A DNA stretch of 64,000 nt, taken from Diadema antillarum. Its lineage: Eukaryota. How positions within the stretch are numbered: position 1 is the first letter of the stretch; each line of letters starts with the position of its first letter. A program made the translations under genes and the position numbers. The notes under the pieces were generated by a model that worked only from the letters and a program-made list of their open reading frames with translations, made no database searches and was not told the origin of the DNA. This document shows, piece after piece, positions 1 through 11,219 of the stretch. The DNA is taken from assembly GCF_040938485.1 (NCBI RefSeq), contig NW_027270904.1, forward strand, positions 3,906,001 through 3,970,000. Reading direction: 5' to 3'.

Positions 1-15
1 CCAAATTAGACTCAC

Positions 16-581
16 ATCTGTCTGAAGTTCATCGTTTGTCTTGGCCGATGTGAGCTCCACAAGTAGCTTCTGGCAGAGGGCATCTGTTGTCAATCCCAGA
101 GAGTTGCTCCCTTCCCGGCACAGCGTCTTACCTACTTCCTCCTCAAGCCAGGCCAGTTTAGAGTCTGCCTGCCCTTTGGCTGGGCCCACTTTGGCATTAT
201 TGGTGCTGTTTGAGGAGTGGGAGGAATGTGTGAAGCGAATTTCACGTTCAGGAACAGCAGTAGGCTCAACCTGAACATCATCAAACCCATCAACATCGAT
301 GGTCCTGTCATCGTAGGAGAAAGTGATGCTGTGTCCAAATTCCTTTGGGTTTTCTTCAGGTCTGTCGGGTTCGAACAGTGCTTCTGTGACATCTTTGGGG
401 ACATGCTGCAGTAGACGCAGGATCTCACCATGGACTTTCACCAGGTGCTCTGTGGAGTGAGGTCCCACGGAAGAAGACACAGCTTCGGATTCAGTGCGAC
501 CGATATTGACTGCATTGTGGAGAGTCCTGCACAGGAACACGGCAGTTGCTTCTACAGCTTCAGGAGTGGCATCAGCACCAG
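16..581 (-). CDS. ASCC3: ASCC3 coding exon 3 (N-terminal region before the helicase cassettes); not in the ORF track; gene continues off the left edge
   Basis: Acceptor ...ccttgcAG at 583-582 (phase 1) and donor GTGAGT at 15-10 (phase 0); 566 nt open. Translation (A)GADATPEAVEATAVFLCRTLH...KEFGHSITFSYD...LCQKLLVELTSAKTNDELQTD resembles human ASCC3 GTDNGREAIESGAAFLFMTFH...FFGKNLAFSFD...LCCTLYDMLASIKSGDELQDE (recalled). Confidence 0.9.
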
Positions 582-794
582 CTGCAAGGATTTGGAAGAC
601 AGCATGAACAATGAAGAAAAGATCCTGATCTATGGCAGCCTTTATTAATGCATTCACAAATTTCAATCTTGCACCAATTAACAAGATTGTGATCAAACCC
701 ATGCCATTCATTTTTTATCTTCATTCGAATGGGACAAGGTACTGGGTTGATACGATTGCTAGTCATGTGCAGTGAAGCACAAGGAGTTCTAGTA

Positions 795-989
795 TCAGTA
801 CCAACTCATGCACTCTTATGGCGAGGCTAACATGTCATCATCATTGTTCATTGCAATATGTTATAAATTTTGAAAACATTCTTATTCCTCATCCCAATCA
901 CTATAAATTGTTAAACTCTGTACTCGGTATAACTAATTTATAGTTGTTCAAATGTAAAAGTCTAAAAATCATCCGGAGGTCCCCTTTAA
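795..989. mobile_element. Partial Kolobok/T2-type MITE (family 3) in ASCC3 intron
   Basis: Ends in GGAGGTCCCCTTTAA. Body (actcatgca...ttttgaaaacattcttattcc.catccc) recurs at ~16350-16530 and in decayed form at ~20140-20280. Confidence 0.6.
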
Positions 990-1023
990 GACACTAATAC
1001 TGCTGCTTCTGATGCTGCTGTTG

Positions 1024-1062
<39 letters not shown>

Positions 1063-1089
1063 TTGCTGCTGATGCTACTACCACTACTA

Positions 1090-1298
1090 CTATAAAGTGG
1101 AAATTTTCGTGGTGTTGAAATTTACGCGCATTTTGCGCAACCAGAAACTAGCGCGAAAATAAAAGCACGCGAATATTTTTGCTTGCCATACGTTCCTGTG
1201 CGTGATGTCTTGATTCCGCGGAATTAAAAACATGCAAAATTCTTCTTGCGCGGCCAAGCGCAAAAAAATTAGTCACACGAAAATATCCACTTTTACAG
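1090..1298. mobile_element. TA-flanked MITE (Tc1/mariner-type), ~210 bp
   Basis: TA|CTATAAAGTGGAAATTTTCGT ... ACGAAAATATCCACTTTTACAG|TA imperfect terminal inverted repeats; sits next to a (CTA)n tract. Confidence 0.7.
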
Positions 1299-1491
1299 TA
1301 ATACTGCTACTATTTTCTCATTACACTTCTTAAAAATCTGACATTTAATTTACAGAAGCTCTCTAAAGCTGTTCTAAACTCTCCATGAATTGGACAAGCA
1401 AGCCATCATGCCAAAAACTCCGCAGTCAGTAGCATACATTCACTGACTTTCTTTCTGTTCATGGATAAGAGCCGTTAACAGTGTTTCTCAC

Positions 1492-1599
1492 CAATGCAGC
1501 GAGAGAGGTGCACAATGTTCCGTAATGTGGTTGTAGCCTCTGCTTTTGTTTCCTTTGAGTTGTGGAGAACGGCTTCTCCAAACTCTTTCCAGGTCAGAC
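1492..1599 (-). CDS. ASCC3: ASCC3 coding exon 2
   Basis: Poly-T tract plus gacAG acceptor (1601-1600), donor GTGAGA (1491-1486); 108 nt, phase 1 to 1. Encodes (G)LTWKEFGEAVLHNSKETKAEATTTLRNIVHLSRCI, compared with human GLTWKKIIKFLNEKL...LKDILHAAKQI. Confidence 0.9.
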
Positions 1600-1929
1600 C
1601 TGTCACAAAAAAAAAATAAAATAAAAAGGAGTTGCTGGTAAAAGAAGGTTCATTATTGGCTAGTTACTTACTAAAACCTTATGCTTTCCTTTTTCTCTTT
1701 TGTTTTTTGTCAAGCATGAAATTAAGAGAATTGGCCTCTAAATTTGTCAATTAGGGCTATTAAATGAATATGAATTATTTCCAATGACCCAAATGAAAGT
1801 AAAAGGGCGTAAATCAATCACTTGTGGATACAAATATACATATTTGAGCCAAACATGCTAAGAAATCTAAAAACACAAGTCAACCCGTTCAATGCAGAAT
1901 TGTGAAATCCCCAAAGAGACTTAATACAC

Positions 1930-2125
1930 CGGCCATCAGGTTCCCGTATGGAACGGGTTTGCTGTTCCACTTCCCGTCAATTGAGTCGTTACCTGGAGAA
2001 GTCGTTCTGCGTGCTTGGTAGACCCTCTTCTGTGCTAAGGTCATAGACCCACCGTCTGGGGGATCTTCATCTGCAGTGACATCAGCAAAGGTCCTAACGG
2101 CCTGAGTCAGTCGAGGGAGGAGCAT
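1930..2125 (-). CDS. ASCC3: ASCC3 first coding exon (ATG at 2125; exon extends to acceptor at 2240 as 5' UTR)
   Basis: MLLPRLTQAVRTFADVTADED matches the ASCC3 N-terminus MALPRLTGALRSFSNVTKQDN. Donor GTGTAT at 1929 is phase 1 and joins GT of the next exon to give the conserved G-LTWK. Confidence 0.9.
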
Positions 2126-3315
2126 TGTTGAGTTTTCTTGTCTGTCTACGGGAATCACACTTGTTGAAGTCAAAGTTACAGGAAAGCTGGCTACTTCAGT
2201 CTCAATGCTGGTGTTGAGTCAACTCCATCCTGTTGTTCATCTACCAAATACACAAAGGAGAACAAACAATCAAGGGCAACCTTAACAACATTGTACTGGT
2301 ACTATGTAGCAAACTGTAAGATTTCACACATCAAAAGTTAAATGCATTGACCTCCCTGAGACAGCATATATTTGAAATTTTGCACACACTATGTCGGACC
2401 TACAAATCATACTTGTTACAAATGTTAAATGATAAACTAAAATAGTGCATAATTCTTTTGACATGACTTTTTTTTTTCTCTCTCTCTCTTGCTTCTCAGC
2501 ATCTACTTTGGGGTTTTCCCCTAACCCTGAGGCACTGTAACCAGTAATAGTCACCAGTGCAGCTCATGCAGTTTGGTTTTCCTCCATATTTTATTGCAAG
2601 AGTTTAGCACAATAAAAATATTAAAAAGGCCAACTTATATATTGCTGTGCAAAATGAATGATTAATTTACTGATTTTTTTTCTGAAAAATATTCAGTTCA
2701 ATTCAATTCACCCACTTTATTGATTATCACAAAAACAGAGACATAGTTTTCTAGATCTACATCTGTAAGTAAGACTCCTACATTGTAAAATGGGCTAAAT
2801 CGTGATATCATCAGGTCCCCTCTATCTTAACTGCGTGAGCGTCTTCACTATGACCCTATGTAATGTGCAAAGTCTGTGGAGGTTGAAAGCAGTCACCGGC
2901 TATGACGAAATGAATGGCGGTGAATGGAGTGGCAGACTATTAATTTTCACAATAATGCCGTAAAAATGTGTCGGAGAGTTCACGGTATAATCGTGATATA
3001 GTCCCCACCATAGCATAGGCCCCAAAGCAGTGCGCGTGCACAAAGAAAGCCAAAGGCTTGAGGCAAATGTGATCCCCTTTACAAATAGGAGCCTACATAC
3101 AGAGAAGTGAAAACTTGTCTGGACATGGGTTTTCACTGTGAACTACATAAATCCTACACAATATTCCACATGTGGGACTAGGCCGTCAACGGAGCACAGT
3201 ACATTTTCGATTTCCGCGTCTTAATTGCTCAGTCAAGGACTTAAATAATTATTTACATCACTGGAACTGCTGTTAAAACTTGTAAATTCAACAATTTCAT
3301 TCAAAAGAAGCTCAC

Positions 3316-3460
3316 CTAAGCAGTGGGTCTTCTTTGTCAAAATATTACACTTTTGTTTTCTACGTGGCTCGCAGCGATGCAAATGCCACCACAGCTACCG
3401 CTAGATGGGCAGCATGCAACACACTGGGATCCTTCGAACACAGATGTTACTTCATCATCC
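3316..3460 (-). other. Candidate non-coding first exon/promoter region of ASCC3 (5' limit unknown)
   Basis: Consensus donor AG|GTGAGC at 3316/3315 on the minus strand, upstream of the 2240 acceptor, in CpG-containing sequence. Inference only. Confidence 0.35.
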
Positions 3461-3831
3461 CAAATTGTGTCGCAAGCGGAATGGGGTTGCGAAATCGCTA
3501 TTTTAAAAGCCAGCTAAAACAAGCAAGCAGACAATGAAACCAACAAACTCCTCTTCAAATGCTTCCCTTCCACCGATCACCTTCCTTCCCTTCTTTCTTT
3601 ACTAATTGATTATCCTTTTCGAATACCCTCATACATTCCCTCCTTTCCGGGTTCTCCTCCCCTTTGCCCGCGCCCAGCGTTCCTTCGATCCCGCCGTCAT
3701 TATTAACATGCCTCTCCTTCCCGCCTGTCCATCCCCTTCAATCCCTTTTGTGAATCACTTCTTTCCCTTGTGGAATTTCCTTGTACCCTTCCCCGAGAGT
3801 AATTCGATCCACTTCTGATTCTCTGCTATAA

Positions 3832-5547
3832 AATAGTTCCAGCGTACAAAAAGAATGATCGTAAATGCATTGAGAATTATAGACCCATTGCCTTGTTACC
3901 AATATTCTCAAAGATTTTGGAGAAAATAGTTTATAAAAGATTGAATGACTTTTTGCTTCTTAATAATATTTTGATCCCCCAGCAATTTGGCTTTCGTAAA
4001 AATTGCTCCACTAGTATGGGTGTTTTAAATTTAGTAAATACAATTATTAGTGCAATTGATGATGGGAAGTACTGCCTTGGTGTATTTTTAGATTTGTCAA
4101 AAGCATTTGACACCATTGACCAGAATTGAAATACTCTTAAACAGACTTGAACGCTATGGTGTTCGAGGAATAGCTTTGAATTGGTTTAAAAGTTACTTGG
4201 AAGAAAGATTACAATTTGTTGTTGTTAATGGTGCCAAATCACAATCCAGTAATGTAACTTATGGTGTACCACAGGGATCTGTTCTTGGTCCGTTACTGTT
4301 TTTAATTTATATAAATGATATCATTAATTCGTCTCAATTATTTACTTATTCTCTTTTTGCTGAGGATACATGCTTGTTATATGCTCACAGGAATATTCAC
4401 ACTCTAATGCAGTCAGTTAATTCTGAAATTTGTAAACTCTTTGCATGGTTTTGCTGTAACAAACTGTTATCAAATACTGGTAAAACTAAATGTGTATTAT
4501 TTAGATCCAGAGAGAAGAAAATCCCTGACAATGTTATTCCCTTAGATGTTGGTGGTCATCAGATCAACCGCAGTCAACGTGTGCAATTCCTTGGGGTTAC
4601 AGTTGATGAATTTTTATCTTGGAAAGAACAACTTAATGACGTATGTACTAAAGTGTCTCGCAGTGTTGGTGTAATATCCAAACTTCGTTTCTTCCTTCCC
4701 CAGTATACCCTAGTTACTTTATACAATGCAATTGTTATGCCTCATTTGATGTATTGCAATATTGCTTGGGGACACACATTTAGGACTCATGTACATAAGT
4801 TGTATGTTCTTCAAAAGAAAGTTGTCAGGTACATAACAAATTCAAACTATATATCATCTAGTACTCCTTAGTTTTTGCAGCTACATATTTTGACGTATGA
4901 TGAAATGGTTTCTCTTCAATGCTTAATATTTATGTTTAAATGTCGATCTCTAAAATATACATTTTTGTCTGATGTGTTTGTGGAAAATTCTTCCATCCAC
5001 CGTTATAATACTCGCCAGAGTAACCTCATCCATCAGCCATATGCAAGAACACAAACTACCTTAAATTCATTCAGAATAGTCTGTGTTAAAGAGTGGAATA
5101 AGTTGCCTCGTGATATAATTAATTCCACTACACTGTCTCGATTCAAAATTTTGTGTAAAAGACACCTTTTCGACAGATTGAAATTAGGTACATGAATGTA
5201 AAAATGAGATGAGGTACATCGTAGCCATGTGTGAAGTGTGTATGCATGTGTGTATGCGTGTGTGTGTGTGAGTGTGTGTGTGTGTTGTGTTGTGTATGGG
5301 GGAGGAGGTATACGTGTACTTGTCTGCATTTATTATGTTGTATAATTTCTACATAATAATGTTATATTCCATGTAAATATGTTACACCTTGCCATACTGT
5401 AGTGTATTGTGTAAAGGGGCCCCGACCACAAGCTGTGCTTCACTGGGGTCCCAAACCTATCATTCTGAATTTTTGCAGTTATGTCTTGTATTTTTGTCAT
5501 GTTTGATTTGGTTTAATAAACTGAACTGAACTGAACTGAACTGAACT
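3832..5547 (+). mobile_element. 5'-truncated, inactivated CR1/L2-group non-LTR retrotransposon (RT domain, 3' UTR, tail)
   Basis: RT motifs [51 protein letters not shown]. Frameshift near 4125, catalytic FADD changed to FAED, in-frame TAG at 4869-4871, ORF end 5195, (TG)n in the 3' UTR, AATAAA followed by a (CTGAA)n tail. Confidence 0.95.
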
Positions 5548-5715
5548 ATGTATTCACGTAGAGCCATATATTTATAGGCCTACCTTTATTTCAAGGTAAC
5601 ACACACCTGAAAACATATCTGGTGCCAAATTTCCCATAGACAATTATTCTTAAAAGAGTTAGTGCAATTGACGAAAAGAAAAACAAAAACGAAATGCCAA
5701 TAAATATTTTGGTTT

Positions 5716-5758
5716 CTTGTTGTTGTTATGTTGTTGTTGTTGTTGTTGATGATGATGA

Positions 5759-5819
<61 letters not shown>
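5716..5819. repeat. (GTT)n/(GAT)n microsatellite
   Basis: Directly visible; explains the poly-Val ORF at 5694-5888. Confidence 0.95.
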
Positions 5820-6141
5820 AAACAGAATACTGGGATATTAAGGAGACTTATGTTCACTGTGATGATTATTGTCGGTTTCATTGAATGATTACGAATCCCG
5901 TGATTTTTTTTTCTTCTTTTTTAAGCCTACATTATCCCTCATTTACTTCGAATGACTGGAAAAGAACTGCCACCCGTTATTCAAGTTGCCTATAATAATG
6001 AATGAAGTAGACGGAACCTGGTGGAATGAAAGCAGCTTAGTTAATTTCAATAATGTTTTCACAAAACAATGTGTAGGCACCTACTGAGAAAACCTTGCAT
6101 TACTGAAATAGTGGATGATGACGTCACTGTTTCATATGTCT

Positions 6142-6562
6142 TTAAAGGGGTCGTATAATTTGGTTGAGACCAAATTTAAGGTTTCTAACCTTTTTCTCTT
6201 TTTTTTGAGAAAAATGAGAAACCTCTTATGGAATGATATTATGAAAAAGCATGTAATTCCAATAGTAATTAAACATTTATTTGATGAAAATTGGTTTTGA
6301 AATGGCTGAGACATCACCCAAAAAGGAGTAATCCTAATAAAACGTGGTACCCACCTTTAATTACGTTTATTGTGATTTAATTTGTTTTTGGATGTCTCAG
6401 CCATCCCAAAACTGATTTTCATCATGTAAACTTTGAAACTTTTTATATAAGCATGGAATAAACTGTACTATTTCATAAGTGGTTTCTTGGCATCTGGCAA
6501 TACGTTAAAAAAGCCAAATCCTCATCTCCACTAATACAGCTTGTACTATACCATCCCTTTAA
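6142..6562. mobile_element. Kolobok/T2-type palindromic MITE, family 1, copy A
   Basis: TTAA|AGGGGTCGTATA ... TATACCATCCCT|TTAA; internal mirror aaatggctgaga/tctcagccat. Same family at 27457, 29058, 32373 and 34902. TTAA plus RR..YY termini are the Kolobok signature. Confidence 0.85.
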
Positions 6563-7182
6563 CTGGCACATAAATTCAAGTCTTCAATATTTTGTAATAT
6601 TATATTCATGTGTGTATATGTGTGTGTGTGTTTTATTTCTATTATAAAAGAATGAATTACATGCTGAATAGTGACGTGTATCGTGTCGATATAAGAACTT
6701 TAATAGCAGTCTGACGTTTAGATATGTATACGTTATATACGAGCAAGTGTCGAGGTTATTAAAGCCTTAACCAAAAATATGACAGTAATAACATTTATTG
6801 GTATTTTTTTTGTTCATTCTCATAGCTTGAAACTGGTTGATGAATTTTTAAATTATTATGACTGTTTCGTGGAAACATACTTTCTAGACTGTACGTAGTT
6901 TCTCAATTGTTAATTTATGTCAGGGTTTGATATCACCTTAAATGAATGCACGCCACGTAGTTTCTGTATGGCTTCAGGTTTCGACTTTTTTGTGAGGTAA
7001 TGAGTAAACTCTAATGAAATAAGAAAGAACATGTAATTCCATGAGGAATGCAACATTAATATTGACAAAAATTGACTTGCTATCCTGCTATCTTGCAAAA
7101 AGTTAAAATTCAATTCCCATCCCCACCAATACTTTAGGCTTGTTTGATTTTACCCATCACATAATAAGTTCTCATAAATGTG

Positions 7183-7314
7183 TAGTGGCCTAACTTTCAC
7201 TTTTAGATGACCTTCTAGTGGCCTAGCTTTCGCTTTTAGATGACCTTCTAGTGGCCTAGCTTTCGCTTTTAGATGACCTTCTAGTGGCCTAGCTTTCGCT
7301 TTTAGATGACCTTC
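7183..7314. repeat. 33-bp minisatellite, 4 tandem units
   Basis: TAGTGGCCTAGCTTTCGCTTTTAGATGACCTTC x4 (first unit has 2 substitutions), no spacers. Confidence 0.95.
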
Positions 7315-8276
7315 AACAGACCAGGCTAACTGACTCATGGTCAGATGGTAGGCACGTTTACATCCAAAAGGAAAGAATGTATCTGATTTCTTAAATCCTG
7401 TAAGAGTGAAGTTCATTGCACTTGAAAGGTTGTTGATGGAAATTATACGGGTTAAAGATAATAATTTAATTAAACAAGATGATATCCTAGTTTAAACTCA
7501 AGTGTGACACTTCAACTGACAACTGATCGACAGACTCGAGGTCAACACATTTGGGTTAATTTTCTTTGGCACTTTTTAATATAGGGGTTATCATTGTTTG
7601 TGTTTTGATCACGCTGTCGTTGCTACTTTTGTGAAGAGAGGCATACCTTAACCCTTTGCTTCCGGGAACTTGGAATCCATGCATTTTCAATAGGAGATTG
7701 CATCATCTCGGAAAGCAAAAGGATAATTTGTCAGTTGGGGTGTATCCCCCCTCAGTCGGTTTCCCTGTGTAAAACACCGTCACGAGTGCTAAATAGGAGT
7801 TACAAGTTGTCAGCTACTGATTGGCTGAATTACCCATAATAACAGGAAGGGGGAGGGGCTTTTCACACTTCCATTGACGGTATACTGTATACAGAAGGAT
7901 ATATTATTCACAATTCTGCCTTCCGAGCTCATTGCTTCCAAAGCGACCACTATTCTCCAGAAGGATTTGTCCAGTCTGTTTACTTGAATTCTTGATAAAC
8001 CGTTTGCTAAATGAGGTAAGAGTGTGAAGAATTTGATTTTATATCAATATAGTATATGATGGTATACTTCTTCGTAGATTTTATGATCTGATGTCATATT
8101 TCAAATAGCGGCGTGTATAGGCCAATATCTATCACCGTTCTCCAAATTTCCACTATTTCATCTAGAATTTTTGAGATTTAGTGCTGTTGTTTAATCAAAG
8201 CGAATATAGTGAAGGTCAATCCTTTTCCTGGTGGGGGATCAAATAAATCTTTCATAGACTATCGAAGTGTGAGGCT

Positions 8277-8440
8277 GTTATTATTATCATTATTATGATG
8301 ATGATTATGATTATCGTTATTATTATTGATATTGATATCATTATCATCATTAAAGTTATCATCAGTATTATTATTAATATTATCATCATTATTTTTATCA
8401 TCATCATTATTGTTGATGTTGTTGTTGTTGTTGTTGATCA
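8277..8440. repeat. Compound (ATT/ATC/GAT/GTT)n low-complexity tract
   Basis: Directly visible; explains the Asn/Ile-rich ORFs. Confidence 0.9.
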
Positions 8441-8775
8441 TAATATTGTTTTGTGTGTATGTTTTTCTTGGTTTCTTGGTTTGTAAAAATGAGCAAAATA
8501 TAATAGCACTATAAGCGAAACCAAACGAACAGCGTTGTTCAGGCCGCACTTCCACTTGGCGTGCATACTACAGCGGCTTGCAGTCGAAAACTTCTTTTCT
8601 GGCGTTCGTCCATAAATTAAAGACCCAGCTTCTTCTTTTACAGTGTATTTTCTAAATTGTGATTCAAAATCTGTGCTGAAATTTGTTTTTGAAGAAATGG
8701 AACGTCTCCCATTCTCACCCACAGGCTAGTCTTGCACCAAGCTCTGTGGATTGGACTGCTGATGATTGGCAGTCC

Positions 8776-8850
8776 CATATCAAGAACAGTCCAGGGTCCA
8801 GCCTACCACAGCTTGCTTCACTCCATATTGTCCCAATGACTGTCTCATAG
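8776..8850 (+). CDS. Candidate upstream exon of the LamG-like gene (5' boundary uncertain)
   Basis: Open frame ...PTTACFTPYCPNDCLI then G|GTAGGC donor (phase 1). Joining to the 11220 exon (CC TAT TAC) gives CLI-A-YYPF, restoring the LVAYYPF start typical of LamG-like domains. Confidence 0.45.
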   Translation, partial: HIKNSPGSSLPQLASLHIVPMTVS

Positions 8851-8864
8851 GTAGGCATTTCCCG

Positions 8865-9023
8865 CAGTGGCGGATCCAGAGGGGAGGGGCGCACCGGGCG
8901 CGCGCCCCCTCTTTATCTTTGGTTAAAACAAAAGAAATAAAAAGGAAAAATGGAGGGGTGCGTACGCCCCCTTTAATTTTGCAAAGGCGCCTCCCCTTTA
9001 CGGAATTCCTGGATCCGCTCCTG
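8865..9023. mobile_element. Short TIR element (CAGTGGCGGATCCAG family), copy 1
   Basis: CAGTGGCGGATCCAG ... CTGGATCCGCTCCTG; same termini and internal aaaacaaaagaaataaaaag as 41551-41711. Confidence 0.8.
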
Positions 9024-9103
9024 CATATAGAAACGTACTCATGTATTGTACGTGTATGGTAATGGTATATGATACGCAAGCTTTACTGTTTAGTAGGCCT
9101 ACA

Positions 9104-9485
9104 TTAAATGCATTGTTTACCATTTGCAGATTAAACAAAAACCCAGCTTTAGTGCTGTGAAATAATATATAGTTCTATAATACACAGTGAGTTAGGGATA
9201 GAAACAACCAATAGAAAAAGTTAATCAGTATAATCAATGTTAAGCATACAAATGTGAGAAATAGTTAAAATAAAATTGTTTCCAGACTAACGCCGTCTAT
9301 ACAGTGATGATTTTGTGAGAAAAACAGTGATATCTCCTCATACATAGTGTATTTCAGGCTTTTTTTTTTGCAAAATTTTTATATGGTACGATGTTTTGTG
9401 ATACAATTGACCTACACAATGCATCAAATGTGATAACTCGAACATCTTTAAAATCACTGTACGCAATGGTAAACATGACCTTTGA
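9104..9485 (+). mobile_element. Kolobok/T2-type MITE, family 2, copy A
   Basis: TTAAATGCATTGTTTACC ... GGTAAACATGACCTTTGA; colinear with 58288-58655 and with the reverse complement of 45130-45510. Confidence 0.8.
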
Positions 9486-9834
9486 TAGCGTCTCCTGAAA
9501 ATGCATGCATGGTATTAATTTTGTCCTCCTTCGTCGTCACACAGGACACGTAGGGTTAAGTGTGTGCACTGAGTATTATGAGGACGACCTGTATACTGCT
9601 ATGAGGGACACAACTCAGTCTTTCACTCAATCATCACACAATGATTATGATCTATTCAATCTCATTTTTAAAGAAAATTATAGGCCTTCATGAGAGATTA
9701 TGATAGGAAATCATGTCAATTACAGAAAATGTGCATTTCCGAGAGATTAGGGAGATTCATATCTATGAAGATGCCGACATGAGAAAAAGAGGACAGATTT
9801 CTTGCGGAAAGGAGATGGAACGTATTGAACGGTT

Positions 9835-11155
9835 ACATGTCGTTATTCCGAAGGTTCGTTAATCCGACAATGAAATAAGGTTTGTTATTCCGAAGGTTTG
9901 ATAGTGCGCACCATCTTTACATTTTCGAATTAAGAAACCTTCTTTCATTTTCGGAGTATTAAACCTTCGGAATGACGAACCTTCGGAATATAACGCCACA
10001 AATATTCAGATTAACTAAACTTTTTTCATCTTTGGATTAACGAACCTCTAGGTATTTAGTCCATGGGCCAGGCCAGATATTGGTACCATCTGAGGTGGCA
10101 ATACCTTTTTGGTGTCATTTTGTTTGTCGGGCATAGATATGCTTATCAAGCTATGATAGCATTTCCAAATGAGTAGCTTAGTCATAGTAAATGAATTTTA
10201 AACCAATTTGGTTTCGTTGTTATATCCCTGTACTTCTGAATGGAGACCAACCGCTATACAAAGAAGAGCACTGTCTTCTGTATGTTCACAGGTGTTCTGT
10301 TGTAAACGCGGTGCGCTTAGTCTTTATTCAAGGCAGCGAAGGGAATATCCAAGGGTTATGATGTCCACAGCGCTTAGTCTAATATTCAAGACGGCGAAGG
10401 GAATATCCAAAGCTTATGATACAGTGTATATCCCTTTATCTAAAAACAACAACAAAAAAAAACAAATTTATCGTGAATTTTAGCGTCTTTTTCAATTATT
10501 TATCATTTTCCGGTGAAAACGCTACGTTGAAAACGCTAATACCACGCCAATGTCGCTTTATTTCCATCCAACAATGAAAGATTATGCAAAAACAATGTAC
10601 CGGTACACTACAATACATTATAATTAATGATGTTGTAAATGCACAGAGTGATTTTTGTTTAAAACTGATGTATTTGTTGAGAGGGTGGTATAAAAACAGT
10701 ATAGATAATCCCTTTTATTAGGAACTTTAGGTATGATAACGGTACATTGTTCTAGATAGAGACTACGCGCACCGCGTGACAGTTGTGGACATCATAACCC
10801 TTTGGATATTCCCTTCGCTGCCTTGAATAAAGACTAAGCGCACCGTGTTTACAACAGAACACCTGTGGACATACAGAAGGCAGTGCTCGTTTTGTATAGC
10901 GGTTAGTTTCGATTCAGAAGTATAGGGATATAAAAACGAGACCAAATTGGTTAAAAATTCATTTATTATGACTAAGCTACTCATTTGGAAAAGCTATCAT
11001 AGCTTGATAAGCGTATCTATGTCCGACAAACAAAATGACACCAAAAAGGTTTTGCCACCTCGGGTGGTACCAACAACCCATTTTTCGGCTCTTGGCCCAT
11101 GGACTAATTAGGGAATGTATGCGTTTCGGAATAACGAATTTCGGAATATCATCAC
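9835..11155. repeat. Old 'ttattccgaaggttcg/aaccttcggaataacg' repeat element split by the foldback insertion
   Basis: Repeated ccgaagg/ccttcgg motifs at 9840-10050 resume as tttcggaataacgaatttcggaata at ~11125-11150, after the inserted element. Confidence 0.55.
10057..11106. mobile_element. Non-autonomous foldback DNA transposon, ~1050 bp, with ~310-bp inverted arms
   Basis: TAGTCCATGGGCC ... GGCCCATGGACTA. Arm ~10057-10370 is the reverse complement of ~10785-11106; ATT on both flanks (possible 3-bp TSD). Confidence 0.85.
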
Positions 11156-11219
11156 TCGTTGAATCGCCAATACAGCTGCCCATGATTCGCTTATTGTTAC
11201 TCGTGTTTGTTACGTGCAG

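Noticed and set aside
3389-3410. CTCF-like motif ccgctagatgggcagca near the ASCC3 5' end
   Set aside because: An extra G breaks the core spacing.
7183-7314. 33-bp direct repeats as a CRISPR array or LEGHLKAKARP repeat protein
   Set aside because: Units are head-to-tail with no spacers, the context is eukaryotic, and the ORF has no other support.
7320-7800. Coding-looking stretch (…QTRGQHIW…) as a transposase/exonuclease relic
   Set aside because: Stops in all frames and only a four-residue motif resemblance.
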